This document shows positions 9,945 through 20,401 of a stretch of DNA of 64,000 nt, one piece after another. This DNA comes from Thalassotalea sp. (GTDB lineage: Bacteria > Pseudomonadota > Gammaproteobacteria > Enterobacterales > Alteromonadaceae). Under the pieces are notes generated by a model. That model ran no database searches. It was not told the origin of the DNA and saw nothing but the letters and a program-made list of their open reading frames with translations. Position 1 is the first letter of the stretch; each line of letters starts with the position of its first letter. Both the position numbers and the translations under genes were made by a program. The stretch lies in contig JBMZCX010000004.1 of the NCBI GenBank assembly GCA_049613795.1, positions 6,578-70,577 of the forward strand. Direction: 5' to 3'.

Positions 9945-10556
9945 ATGTCATCAATTGAGCATTTATTTAAAAATAATATTAAGTGGGCTAAAGAAATATC
10001 AGAAAATAATCCGGCTTTTTTTGAATCTCTATCGCAACAACAATCGCCTGAATATTTATGGATTGGCTGCTCCGACTCTCGCGTACCCGCTAATGAACTG
10101 TTAGGCATGCTACCCGGTGAAGTGTTTGTTCATAGAAACATTGCTAATCAAGTTATTCACACAGATTTAAATTGTTTATCCGTAATTCAATACGCCGTTG
10201 AAATATTAAAAGTGCGTCATATTATTGTCTGCGGCCATTATGGTTGTGGCGGTGTGCAAGCTTCTTTAGATAATGAAAGCTACGGATTAATTGATAATTG
10301 GCTGCGCCATATTGAAGACGTATACCGTTTTAATAAAACTCAATTTGAAGGCATTACTGACGAATCAGAAAAAGTGAATAAATTATGCGAGCTTAATGTT
10401 ATTGAACAAGTGGCTAATGTTTCAAATACCACTATATTAAGAAATGCATGGAAAGCAGGACAAAATACGACCGTGCACGGCTTTGTTTACAATTTACATG
10501 ACGGGATATTAAAAGATATGAAGGTTTCTGTAGGACTAAAAGAGTTTACATCTTAG
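9945..10556 (+). CDS. can: Beta-class carbonic anhydrase
   Basis: WIGCSDSRVPA, FVHRNIAN, CGHYGCGG. Confidence 0.95.
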   Translation: MSSIEHLFKNNIKWAKEISENNPAFFESLSQQQSPEYLWIGCSDSRVPANELLGMLPGEVFVHRNIANQVIHTDLNCLSVIQYAVEILKVRHIIVCGHYGCGGVQASLDNESYGLIDNWLRHIEDVYRFNKTQFEGITDESEKVNKLCELNVIEQVANVSNTTILRNAWKAGQNTTVHGFVYNLHDGILKDMKVSVGLKEFTS

Positions 10557-10564
10557 ATTTCAAA

Positions 10565-10594
10565 CAGGACCTAAATCTTAAACTCTAGGTCCTG
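10565..10594. terminator. Hairpin between convergent can and hppD
   Basis: CAGGACCTA...TAGGTCCTG 9-bp stem. Confidence 0.5.
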
Positions 10595-10608
10595 CTTCTT
10601 CGAAAATA

Positions 10609-11652
10609 TTACAACACGCCACGTTCCATTTGGTTTAATTCAATCGACTTAAACAAGGCTGTAAAGTTACCTTCTCCAAAGCCTTTATCGTCAACACGTT
10701 GGATCATTTCAATGAAGATAGGACCAAAAATATTCTTAGTGAAAATTTGTAATAAATACGAGTTTTCGTTTTGGCTATCGACTAAAATTTGATGATCTTG
10801 AATACGCTTATGATCTTCTTTAACCCAAGGAATACGCTTAAACACATCGTCATAATACTCAGGTACAATGTCTAAGGTATCAATAATGTCTTTATCTAGT
10901 TGATCTAAAGAGCCTACTAGGTCATCGGTAATAAATGCTAAATGCTGAACACCTGGACCGTTATATTCATCGAGGTATTCATCTATTTGATTATTGTTAG
11001 TGCCTTTGCCTTCATTAATTGGAATACTGAACTTGCCACAAGGTGATTGTAACGCGTAAGAAACTAACGCCGTTTTTTCGCCTTTAATGTCAAAGTATCG
11101 TACTTCAGTAAAGCCGAAAACGTCTTTATAAAAATTTGCCCAATGCTCCATCGTGCCTTGATAAACATTGTTAGTTAAGTGGTCAACCGCTTTAAAGCCT
11201 TTGTCTTTTACAATAACTGGCTCAGCTAATGCTTCAAAATCATCTTCATAAATAGAGCCTTTAGCGCCAAATTTTTCGATGAAGTATATTAAGCTGTCAC
11301 CAATGCCGTAAATGGCTGGGTAAGGCAATTTATTATCAACATCTTGTGCTGATTTTGCACCACGGATAATTGCTTGTTCATAGGCAAAGTCTGCGTCTTC
11401 TACACGCCAGCCCATTGAACAAATAGCAGGACCATGACTTTTAGCAAATTCTTTTGAAAAACCTGCTTTTTCATTGTTGAGTAAAAAGTGAATGTCATTT
11501 TGGTTAAAATACTCAATGTCTCGCCCTTTAAATGTTTTAGTTTTTGAAAAACCAAAACCATAAAATGCTTTTTCCATAAAGTCTGAATCAGGGGTTGCGT
11601 ATTCGGTAAATTCAATTCCACAAAGTTTTAGTGGGTTGGTAACTTCTGTCAT
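10609..11652 (-). CDS. hppD: 4-hydroxyphenylpyruvate dioxygenase
   Basis: DHLTNNV, GPGVQHLA, LLQIFT, FIEMIQR, GFGEGNFTALFKSIE. Confidence 0.96.
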   Translation of the reverse strand: MTEVTNPLKLCGIEFTEYATPDSDFMEKAFYGFGFSKTKTFKGRDIEYFNQNDIHFLLNNEKAGFSKEFAKSHGPAICSMGWRVEDADFAYEQAIIRGAKSAQDVDNKLPYPAIYGIGDSLIYFIEKFGAKGSIYEDDFEALAEPVIVKDKGFKAVDHLTNNVYQGTMEHWANFYKDVFGFTEVRYFDIKGEKTALVSYALQSPCGKFSIPINEGKGTNNNQIDEYLDEYNGPGVQHLAFITDDLVGSLDQLDKDIIDTLDIVPEYYDDVFKRIPWVKEDHKRIQDHQILVDSQNENSYLLQIFTKNIFGPIFIEMIQRVDDKGFGEGNFTALFKSIELNQMERGVL

Positions 11653-11740
11653 GATTGTCTCTCTAACAACTGTATTGCCGCTATTATTACTAGGTTATTC
11701 AATGAGAGAAAGTGTATTGAAAATACATTTAATTTAGCTC

Positions 11741-11836
11741 CGTAACAAATAATTTACGTTAATATTGAGCAATAAATTATCGTTGTGAATTCAGCCCAGT
11801 TATAGGCTAGCTTAAAGCTGTATAGTTATAGTTACA
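11741..11836 (-). promoter_or_regulatory. Two TyrR/PhhR-like boxes upstream of hppD
   Basis: CGTAAC-N6-TTTACG (11741-11758) and TGTATA-N6-GTTACA (11819-11836) against consensus TGTAAA-N6-TTTACA. Confidence 0.6.
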
Positions 11837-11894
11837 CCTCTTTTTTCAAACTAAAATACAGCGAGTTAAAATTGGACGCCCCTATATTTCAAGC

Positions 11895-11924
11895 AAAAAA
11901 AAGACGCTTAACAGCGTCTTTTTT
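11895..11924 (-). terminator. Rho-independent terminator of deaD
   Basis: A8-GACGCT-taac-AGCGTC-T6. Confidence 0.85.
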
Positions 11925-11938
11925 CAAGTAACTAATGC

Positions 11939-13711
11939 TTAGTTTGCACGTCTTGGTCGGTCAGATCTGTCTGCACGTTTACGCGGTGTACGTTCTGTTG
12001 GCGCTGGCGCATCTGATACTGAAATTTCTAACGATTGACGGCGTATTTTTACACGCTTCAATTGTGTGAATGACTTTTCAGGCATACCTTTTGGTAACTG
12101 AACAAAACTATGGCGATCGTGCAAATTAATTGCACCAATATAGCTGCTGTCTAAAGAGATTTCATTCGCGATTGCACCTACAATATCACCCGGCTTAGCA
12201 CCATGTTCTTTACCTACTTCTAGGCGGTATGTTTGCCAATCAACGTCATTACGTACTGCCTTTGGCTTACGTGGAGCACGTTCACCACGGTCTGAGCGGT
12301 TATTTCTATCGCCACGCGCATCACGGCGGCTATCACCACGACCTCGGTCATCACGGTCACGTGATTCACGGCGAGGCTTAGGATCTTCTTTTGGTTGTAA
12401 TGGCTGGTTTAACTGCTTTTGGTATAATAAAGCAGCAGCTAAATCTGTCATTGAAAGCTCTGACTCTGCTGCCATTGCTTCAATAATTTCGCGCATATTA
12501 CTTAGGTCTTTTTCAGCTACGGCTGTCGCTAGCTCAGTACGTGTACGCTCAATACGTGCTTTACCAATTTCTTGAATATTCGGTAAATCGTAAGGCTTAA
12601 CTACGCCTGACGTTAAACGCTCATAATGACGTAAAGAGTACATTTCGCGAGGACGAACAAAAGAAATCGCTGTACCTTCACGGCCTGCACGCCCTGTACG
12701 GCCAATACGGTGAACATATGCTTCGTTATCGCCCGGTAAGTCATAGTTAACAACTAAAGAAATACGTGGAATATCTAAACCACGAGCAACAACATCTGTC
12801 GCCACTAATATAGATGATTTACCTGATTTAAGTTGATCAACAGTACGCTCACGTTGTGCTTGGTTCATGTCACCATTTAACGCAACAGCAGCGTAGCCAG
12901 CACGTTCTAGCTTTTCAGCTACATCAACCGTGTCATTACGTGTACGCACAAAAATAATCATGGCATCGTAATCAACAGTTTCAGCAATACGCTCTAATGC
13001 GGTAATTTTATTAATGCCGCTAACTTTCCAAGCATATTGTGTAATGTTTGCTTTTTCTTTTTTAACCGCTGCTATTTTAATATGCTCAGGGCTCGTTAAA
13101 AAGCGGTTAGCCACTTTACGAATTTGCGCAGGCATCGTTGCTGAGAACAATGCCATTTGGGTTGTTTTAGGAAGATGTTCTAAAATCCATTCAATATCTT
13201 CTAAAAAGCCCATGTTTAACATTTCGTCGGCTTCATCAAGCACACAAAATGATAAGTTATCTAGTTTTAAGCTCTTACGACGTAAGTGGTCCATTAAACG
13301 ACCAGGTGTACCTACGACAACTTGAGCACCACGTTCTAGTTGTTGAAATTGAGGACCGTAAGATTGACCACCATATAAAGTAGCAACTTTTAAGCCTTTC
13401 ATATTTTTTGCAAAACTTTCAATAGCTTCAGCAACTTGAATTGCTAATTCACGCGTAGGTGCTAATACCATTAATTGAGGTTTTTTAAGCGACACGTCAA
13501 TTTTAGCTAATGCAGGTAAGCCAAACGCAGCAGTTTTACCCGTACCTGTTTGTGCTTCACCTAAAACGTCTGAGCCAGCTAATAGTGGTGGAATTGTTTT
13601 GGCTTGAATAGGAGTCGCTGATTCAAAACCTAATGTTTTTAAAGCAGAAAGTAAGTTTTCAGGCAAGCCAAGAGCGTCAAAGCCAACTAAGGCATTGTTA
13701 GTATCAGTCAT
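11939..13711 (-). CDS. deaD: ATP-dependent DEAD-box RNA helicase DeaD/CsdA
   Basis: AQTGTGKT, PTRELA, DEAD, SAT, HRIGRTGRAGR and a DbpA-type RNA-binding domain. True start probably MTDTNN at 13711. Confidence 0.93.
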   Translation of the reverse strand: MTDTNNALVGFDALGLPENLLSALKTLGFESATPIQAKTIPPLLAGSDVLGEAQTGTGKTAAFGLPALAKIDVSLKKPQLMVLAPTRELAIQVAEAIESFAKNMKGLKVATLYGGQSYGPQFQQLERGAQVVVGTPGRLMDHLRRKSLKLDNLSFCVLDEADEMLNMGFLEDIEWILEHLPKTTQMALFSATMPAQIRKVANRFLTSPEHIKIAAVKKEKANITQYAWKVSGINKITALERIAETVDYDAMIIFVRTRNDTVDVAEKLERAGYAAVALNGDMNQAQRERTVDQLKSGKSSILVATDVVARGLDIPRISLVVNYDLPGDNEAYVHRIGRTGRAGREGTAISFVRPREMYSLRHYERLTSGVVKPYDLPNIQEIGKARIERTRTELATAVAEKDLSNMREIIEAMAAESELSMTDLAAALLYQKQLNQPLQPKEDPKPRRESRDRDDRGRGDSRRDARGDRNNRSDRGERAPRKPKAVRNDVDWQTYRLEVGKEHGAKPGDIVGAIANEISLDSSYIGAINLHDRHSFVQLPKGMPEKSFTQLKRVKIRRQSLEISVSDAPAPTERTPRKRADRSDRPRRAN

Positions 13712-13894
13712 ATATATTTTCGTCTTCTTAAGGCAGGCAGTTAAGCAATCTATCGCAAATACCTGCGTACAATTACGAGGAAACCACCGGGAAGACTTTA
13801 GGCACATTCGTTATTAGCTTAGGACGCTAATAAGGCAAGTCTATTGGGATAACCCCACACATTTTAAAGGCCAAATCCGTGATGGCCTTATATC

Positions 13895-13931
13895 GAGGCG
13901 CGAATTATACAGACGTTTAATAAATAAGCAA
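13895..13931 (-). promoter_or_regulatory. Sigma70 promoter of deaD with GC-rich discriminator
   Basis: Minus strand TTGCTT (13931-13926)-16 bp-TATAAT (13909-13904) followed by TCGCGCC. Confidence 0.65.
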
Positions 13932-14015
13932 GATAAAATTAAATATTTGCAAAAGTGATCATTATATTAAAAGAGGAAAGAACTTCTTCTTCTGTCATAA
14001 ACACTAGGCCGTTAA

Positions 14016-16409
14016 TTACTCATCACCACCATTTAATAAATCAGAAAATGCCGCAAGTTTTGCCAGCACCATGCCATGAATAGACTTGCGAGGATAACGT
14101 CCAGTTCGGCTTATTTTACCTGCATCTACTGACATTAGTATTTCAAGTGCTTGGTCGATGTCTTCCACGGCATAAACAGAAAATGCTCCTTGGGTAACCG
14201 CGTCAATCACTTCATTCGATAACATTAAGTTTTTAACATTCGTTTTAGGAATAATAACGCCTTGTGATCCAGTTAACCCTTTGTCTTTGCATAAACGATA
14301 AAAACCTTCTATTTTTTCGTTAACACCGCCAATTGATTGTACGCCACCATGTTGGTTAATAGAGCCCGTTATTGCTAAACCTTGATCAATGGGTAAATTA
14401 GCAATAGCTGAAATAAGTACGCACAATTCCGCCATAGAGGCGCTGTCACCATCGATATGGCCATACGACTGTTCAATAGCAATATTAGCAGAAATAGTAA
14501 CAGGAAAACCTTGTCCATATTTGTGGCCAATATACCCAGATAATAGCAGCACCCCTTTTGAGTGGATAGATTTTCCTAAATCCACTTCTCGTTCAATATC
14601 TGTAATGCCGTCACTGCCCGCGTAAACGGTTGCGGTAATTCGTGCGGGAGTACCAAAAACACTATCACCAATTTCCAGTACCGTTAACCCATTAATTTTG
14701 CCAACTTGCTCGCCTGTTGTGCTAATTAACACTTGTTGCTCTTTTATTTCGCTCAGCCATGTTTCACTAATGCGACCAGTACGGCGCTGCTTGGCAGTCA
14801 ACGCTTGCAGAACACAATTTGAATCAAGCGAACCTTTACTGCCATTCTTTTTCCACAAGTATACCGCTTCATCTAATAAATCATTAATTTGGACAATGTT
14901 GGCCGATATTTTTTCTTGGTGTTCAGCTCGGCGAAGAGCATAACGAACTAACTCTAAAACAGCACCATTACTTACAAGCGGATACGCTTTTTTAAACGCA
15001 CGTTGTCTTATCAACTGTGCATAATCGGTTAAGTTTTTATCGGTTTTATCTAGATGACGATCAAAGTCGGCCAAAATTCTAAACAATTCAGTAAATTCTT
15101 GATCATAATCTTGCAAGGTATAATAAAGCTCAGGATCACCTAATAGAATAACCTTTACCGTTAACGGTATTTTTTCAGGCTGTAGTGTTACTCCGCCAGG
15201 CTGGCTATATTCTGAATAAGGGCTTTCAATGGTAATTTCTTGCGTTTTCAACGCCAACTTTAAGCGCGACCAGACTAAAGGTTGATTCAATAACTTATCA
15301 GCATCTAGTAATAAATAGCCACCATTAGCTTTGTGCAAAGCACCTGCCCTTATTAAGCGATAACTGGTATACGTTGCCCCTTGAAATGAAGAAAAATCAA
15401 CATGACCAAATAAATTTTGAAAGGTTGGATTTTGCTCGTATACCACAGGGGCACCTGCTTCAGCTTCTCTGGCAACGAGCAGGTTAGGTAAAAAACGTTC
15501 AACCATTAACTTACGTGATTCTTTGTCGTTAATAGTTTCTCCTGCGGCCTCATCAACCAAAATTTCAAGCACCGCATCAACAATATGCGCTTTCACTTTA
15601 GACAAATATTTCAATACGCCTGGGTTACTAGCAAACTCGTGTTCAAGTTCTTTTAAAAATGGACGGATGCTTTGCTCAGCTGTCTCATATTTAAGCTTAC
15701 GCATTTTATCTGAAGAAGTACGCTTCCATTGTGGCAACTCAATTAACTGCTCTGAAAGTAAGTTTTCTAATTTAGCTAATAACAGATAAAAGTCATTACG
15801 TTTTACTTCATCTAAATTAGCAAATTCTTTATCATTTAACGGTTTACCGTCTACTAAGGGAGAGAAGCCTACTTCACCGTTTTCTTCATAGAGAATAACA
15901 TCGTTTTTTAACGCGGTTTCTTCAACGATAGCCATTGCCTCATCATATTTTTGATTGAAGTCACGATCTATGGCTGCTTTTTGTCGCTGATAACCGGGAT
16001 TGTCAAAAATTTCAGGAAATAAATCTAATAATTCATCAATAAAGGTGTTAATGCGCGCCAGCAATTGTTTACCATCACCAGGGCTAACATAAAGCCTAAA
16101 AGGAGCATGAACATCGTCAAAATTATTAATATAACACCATTCAGAAGGTGTGGGTTGCCCGCTTGCAGTTGCAGATAGCATTTGTTTGATTAATGTTTGT
16201 CTGCCCGTACCGTGCTCGCCCATGGCATACACATTAAAGCCGGGTGATTCCATAGAAAGACCAAAATCAAGCGCTTCTTTTGCACGTTCGTGGCCAATAA
16301 AAATTTGCTCAACGTTTTCAGAATCTTCTATTTGAGAAAATAGATTAATGGCTAAATTTGCAGTAAGTTCTTCGGGGTTAAGGCGCAATTTTTGGTGGGT
16401 ATCTTTCAT
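14016..16409 (-). CDS. Lon-like S16 protease with AAA domain (LonB/YcbZ-like)
   Basis: GHERAKEAL, GEHGTGR, GALHKANGG, catalytic DGDSAS and GGVNEKIEG. Confidence 0.9.
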   Translation of the reverse strand: MKDTHQKLRLNPEELTANLAINLFSQIEDSENVEQIFIGHERAKEALDFGLSMESPGFNVYAMGEHGTGRQTLIKQMLSATASGQPTPSEWCYINNFDDVHAPFRLYVSPGDGKQLLARINTFIDELLDLFPEIFDNPGYQRQKAAIDRDFNQKYDEAMAIVEETALKNDVILYEENGEVGFSPLVDGKPLNDKEFANLDEVKRNDFYLLLAKLENLLSEQLIELPQWKRTSSDKMRKLKYETAEQSIRPFLKELEHEFASNPGVLKYLSKVKAHIVDAVLEILVDEAAGETINDKESRKLMVERFLPNLLVAREAEAGAPVVYEQNPTFQNLFGHVDFSSFQGATYTSYRLIRAGALHKANGGYLLLDADKLLNQPLVWSRLKLALKTQEITIESPYSEYSQPGGVTLQPEKIPLTVKVILLGDPELYYTLQDYDQEFTELFRILADFDRHLDKTDKNLTDYAQLIRQRAFKKAYPLVSNGAVLELVRYALRRAEHQEKISANIVQINDLLDEAVYLWKKNGSKGSLDSNCVLQALTAKQRRTGRISETWLSEIKEQQVLISTTGEQVGKINGLTVLEIGDSVFGTPARITATVYAGSDGITDIEREVDLGKSIHSKGVLLLSGYIGHKYGQGFPVTISANIAIEQSYGHIDGDSASMAELCVLISAIANLPIDQGLAITGSINQHGGVQSIGGVNEKIEGFYRLCKDKGLTGSQGVIIPKTNVKNLMLSNEVIDAVTQGAFSVYAVEDIDQALEILMSVDAGKISRTGRYPRKSIHGMVLAKLAAFSDLLNGGDE

Positions 16410-16552
16410 TAGACTCTCATTATTAGCGCTTAAAAAACAAACACTTTCATTATTTCTGAGGTGATGTACTCTGTTGAGGTTATATTACTCTGTTGGAGTG
16501 ATGTTTGGCAAAGCTTCAAGGTAAAAAATATTTAGAGCACCGCTAAGCCGAA

Positions 16553-17035
16553 CTATGGCGATAAACTCTCTCGAATAAAGTGAGAATGATGACAATATAA
16601 GCATGCGTTAACCGTTGTCAAATGAGAAATTAATAACGATTTTTGGCACTTTACACAAGTTAATTTACCAAAACCAACAATATCACCTTCTTGATATGCG
16701 CCATTATGTTTAAAGTCTTCACTCAGCTCCGCCCATTCTACTTGCGACTTGTCGGTAACTTTACTCATTAATGCCCAAAAAGATTCATTCATTAACGCTA
16801 AGAAAATAGAATGCTTAGCTTGTTCTTGGTTTTGTCGATAAAATTCATGAAGATCATAGATAAAATTATCAATAAACTGAGTTAGCTTTTCTTCAGGGAT
16901 AGCTTCTGCTGCTGCCAAAATGATCTTGGCTTGCTCAACTAATTCAACCACTTGAGTAACTTCATGTTGTTTTACATCAGTTAACCACAGTGACAACTTA
17001 TGGTAAAAATCGGTAAAAAAAGGTTTATCGTTCAT
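16553..17035 (-). CDS. Zinc-ribbon protein, YbeL/DUF1451 family
   Basis: TDKSQVEW, GDIVGFG, CVKC...CLYC; divergent from leuS as in other gammaproteobacteria; GGAGG RBS before ATG 17035. Confidence 0.8.
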   Translation of the reverse strand: MNDKPFFTDFYHKLSLWLTDVKQHEVTQVVELVEQAKIILAAAEAIPEEKLTQFIDNFIYDLHEFYRQNQEQAKHSIFLALMNESFWALMSKVTDKSQVEWAELSEDFKHNGAYQEGDIVGFGKLTCVKCQKSLLISHLTTVNACLYCHHSHFIRESLSP

Positions 17036-17272
17036 AACGCCTCCTAAATAGCGACTTAATATGACGCTAGCTAAAGTATAGTCAAACATGCCATGACAAA
17101 AAGCCGATGCAACAAAAAAGTCATTGTTTAGACCTTAATAAACTTGTTAAAAAGCCATGCGATAAGGTATTCTATTGTGATATTTTTTAAATTAGCTTTT
17201 TACTGATTTATTCGTGTTATTGGCAATAAATACAGTATCAAAGCCCCTATTCTAGTCTTTGAGAACTCTTTA

Positions 17273-19852
17273 ATGGAATCCATTTATAATCCCCAATCTA
17301 TCGAGGCTGACGTTCAAAAATTTTGGACCGATAACCAAACCTTTCGTGCACAAGAAATACCAGGTAAAGAAAAATATTACTGCCTGTCAATGTTTCCATA
17401 CCCTAGCGGCCGTCTTCATATGGGCCATGTACGAAACTATAGTTTAGGTGATGTGATTTCACGTTATCAACGCATGCAGGGCAAAAACGTGATGCAACCT
17501 ATGGGTTGGGACGCTTTTGGTTTACCTGCTGAAAATGCGGCCATTAAAAATAATTCAGCGCCAGCAAAATGGACTTACGAAAATATTGATTATATGCGTA
17601 ATCAGTTAAAATCATTAGGTTTTGGCTACGACTGGCATAGAGAGCTGGCAACCTGTAAAAAAGACTACTACCGTTGGGAGCAATGGTTTTTCACCCAGCT
17701 TTTCGAAAAAGGTTTAGTGTATAAAAAGAATGCCACTGTAAACTGGGATCCTGTTGACCAAACCGTACTTGCTAACGAGCAAGTAATTGACGGACGCGGC
17801 TGGCGCTCTGGCGCTATTGTTGAGCGCAAAGAAATTCCGCAGTGGTTTATTAAAATAACCGATTACGCTGAAGAATTACTTAACGACTTAGACCAATTAA
17901 CTGATTGGCCTGAACAAGTTAAAACAATGCAACGTAATTGGATTGGCCGCTCTGAAGGCGTTGAAATGACTTTTAACGTTGCCAACTCAGAACAATCATT
18001 TGACATTTACACTACCCGCCCAGATACCTTAATGGGTGTAACTTATGTAGCGCTTGCTGCTCAGCACCCGCTAACATTAGCTGCGGCTGAAAATAATCCA
18101 GCATTAGCCGATTTCATCAAAGAATGTAAAACGAATAAATCCACTGAAGCTGATATGGCGACAATGGAGAAAAAAGGTGTTGATACGGGTTTAACCGCTA
18201 TTCACCCTTTAACCGGTGAAACAGTGCCCGTTTGGGCTGCAAATTTTGTGTTAATGGATTACGGTTCAGGCGCGGTTATGTCGGTACCAGGGCACGACCA
18301 ACGTGACTTTGAATTTGCTCAAAAATATGGACTTGAAATAAAGCAAGTGATTCAAGGTGGCGAGTCTGACGATATCGCAGTAGCTGCTATAACCGATAAA
18401 AATGTATTAGTTAATTCAGGTGAATTTGACGGTTTAAGCTTTGAACAAGCCTTTAAAGCGATTTCAGACAAACTAGTCGCTGAAAATAAAGGAAAAGTAA
18501 CTGTTAACTACCGCTTGCGCGACTGGGGAGTTTCTCGCCAGCGTTACTGGGGCACACCAATTCCAATGCTTAAATTAGCAAACGGCGAATCGGTTCCAGT
18601 ACCTGAAGACCAATTACCGGTTGAATTGCCTGAAGATGTGGTAATGGACGGCGTAACATCACCAATAAAAAGTGACGAAGAATGGGCTAAAACTACTTAT
18701 CAAGGTCAAGACGCTTTAAGAGAAACCGACACCTTCGACACCTTTATGGAGTCGTCGTGGTATTACGCCCGTTATTGCTCACCTAACGATGACACCCAAA
18801 TGTTAGATCCAGAGAAAGCCAACTATTGGTTACCTGTAGATCAATACATTGGCGGAATAGAACATGCTATTTTACATTTATTATATGCACGTTTTTTCCA
18901 TAAATTATTGCGTGACGTTGGTTTAGTTGAAAGCAGTGAACCGTTCAAAAGCCTGCTATGTCAAGGAATGGTATTAGCTGACACGTATTATCGAGAAGCC
19001 GATAATGGCGCTCAAGAGTGGATAGCCCCTGCAGATGTTACAGTAGAGCGCAATGAAAAAGGCCAAGTCACCTCAGCAATAAGCAAGCATGACGGTGAAG
19101 CCGTTATTTCTGCTGGTATGAGCAAAATGTCTAAATCTAAAAATAATGGCATTGACCCTCAACAAGTTATCGACCTTTATGGTGCTGATACCGTTCGCTT
19201 ATTTATTATGTTTACCTCACCGCCAGAGCAAACCTTAGAATGGTCTGACTCAGGTGTTGAAGGAGCACACCGTTTCTTAAAGCGTGTGTGGAAATTAGCA
19301 CATGACTTTAGCGAAAGTGGTAACGTTTCAACACTAGCCGATATTAATCTAAACAGTGCGCAAAAAACATTACGCCGCGAAGTCCATAAAACAATTACTA
19401 AAGTAACTGATGATATTGGCCGCAGAAACACTTTCAATACCGCGATTGCCGCTATTATGGAACTAATGAACCATTTAGCTAAAGCGCCATTAGCAACAGT
19501 TGAAGACAGAACCATAATGCAAGAAGCGGTGCGCGCAGTTACTTTAATGCTAACGCCAATTGCACCTCATATGTGTCATCAACTTTGGCAAGACATTGGC
19601 GATGGTAATCTTGTTGAAGAAACTTTATGGCCAACGGTTGACCAAGCCGCTTTAGTTGAAGACGAGAAGCTCATTATTGTACAAGTTAATGGCAAAGTAA
19701 GAGCGAAAATAACAGTAGCTGCTGATGTCAGTAAAGAGCAGGTAGAGTCTCTAGGATTAAATGAAGAGAATGTTGCCAAATTTATTGACGACAAAACAGT
19801 CCGTAAAGTAATTTATGTACCAGGTAAATTACTTAATATTGTGGCTAACTAA
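17273..19852 (+). CDS. leuS: Leucine--tRNA ligase
   Basis: HMGH and KMSKS motifs; MFPYPSG; C-terminal VPGKLLNIV. Confidence 0.98.
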   Translation: MESIYNPQSIEADVQKFWTDNQTFRAQEIPGKEKYYCLSMFPYPSGRLHMGHVRNYSLGDVISRYQRMQGKNVMQPMGWDAFGLPAENAAIKNNSAPAKWTYENIDYMRNQLKSLGFGYDWHRELATCKKDYYRWEQWFFTQLFEKGLVYKKNATVNWDPVDQTVLANEQVIDGRGWRSGAIVERKEIPQWFIKITDYAEELLNDLDQLTDWPEQVKTMQRNWIGRSEGVEMTFNVANSEQSFDIYTTRPDTLMGVTYVALAAQHPLTLAAAENNPALADFIKECKTNKSTEADMATMEKKGVDTGLTAIHPLTGETVPVWAANFVLMDYGSGAVMSVPGHDQRDFEFAQKYGLEIKQVIQGGESDDIAVAAITDKNVLVNSGEFDGLSFEQAFKAISDKLVAENKGKVTVNYRLRDWGVSRQRYWGTPIPMLKLANGESVPVPEDQLPVELPEDVVMDGVTSPIKSDEEWAKTTYQGQDALRETDTFDTFMESSWYYARYCSPNDDTQMLDPEKANYWLPVDQYIGGIEHAILHLLYARFFHKLLRDVGLVESSEPFKSLLCQGMVLADTYYREADNGAQEWIAPADVTVERNEKGQVTSAISKHDGEAVISAGMSKMSKSKNNGIDPQQVIDLYGADTVRLFIMFTSPPEQTLEWSDSGVEGAHRFLKRVWKLAHDFSESGNVSTLADINLNSAQKTLRREVHKTITKVTDDIGRRNTFNTAIAAIMELMNHLAKAPLATVEDRTIMQEAVRAVTLMLTPIAPHMCHQLWQDIGDGNLVEETLWPTVDQAALVEDEKLIIVQVNGKVRAKITVAADVSKEQVESLGLNEENVAKFIDDKTVRKVIYVPGKLLNIVAN

Positions 19853-20367
19853 TGCAGTATTTTCAGCAAGCAATCAATAAGTATGTGATACGCACTATTA
19901 GTATTGGTATATGCATCAGTTTGTTGGCCAGCTGTGGTTTCAACCTGCGCGGTGATTACTTTATCGCCGCACAGTTACAACATTTAAACGTTAACTCTGT
20001 CGATAAATACGGTGAGCTAACACGCTTAGTTAAGCAGCATTTGCTGCTTAACAAAGTAAATATTACACCAACGTATGACAACACACTACCTGAGCTGAAA
20101 ATATTAAAAGACACTTTAGATAGACGAACACTGTCGGTATTTCCTAACGGCCAAGTCGCTGAATACGAACTAATTTATACTGCTCATTATCAACTACGTT
20201 TTGCTAGCGAAGACTTTCAAAGCTTCAAAGTAGAGTTAAATCGAGATTACCAAGACGATCCTGATTTAGCCTTAGCAAAAAGCCGTGAATTAGCACTCAT
20301 GCTTAGTGAAATGCGACAAGAAGCAGCAAATAGAATCATACGTAAATTAGCGAGCATTCAACGATAA
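19852..20367 (+). CDS. lptE: LPS assembly lipoprotein LptE
   Basis: Lipobox LASC-GFNLRG; position after leuS. Confidence 0.93.
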   Translation: MQYFQQAINKYVIRTISIGICISLLASCGFNLRGDYFIAAQLQHLNVNSVDKYGELTRLVKQHLLLNKVNITPTYDNTLPELKILKDTLDRRTLSVFPNGQVAEYELIYTAHYQLRFASEDFQSFKVELNRDYQDDPDLALAKSRELALMLSEMRQEAANRIIRKLASIQR

Positions 20368-20401
20368 CCGCTCTATATTATTAGGAAACTACTGCCATAC
20401 T

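Noticed and set aside
12250-12390. Repetitive CACGG/GTCAC-rich DNA inside deaD
   Set aside because: Encodes the normal R/D/G-rich low-complexity linker of DeaD; not a repeat array.
13712-13807. 32-aa N-terminal extension of DeaD in the ORF track
   Set aside because: Not helicase-like and lies in the structured leader; ATG 13711 gives a normal N-terminus.
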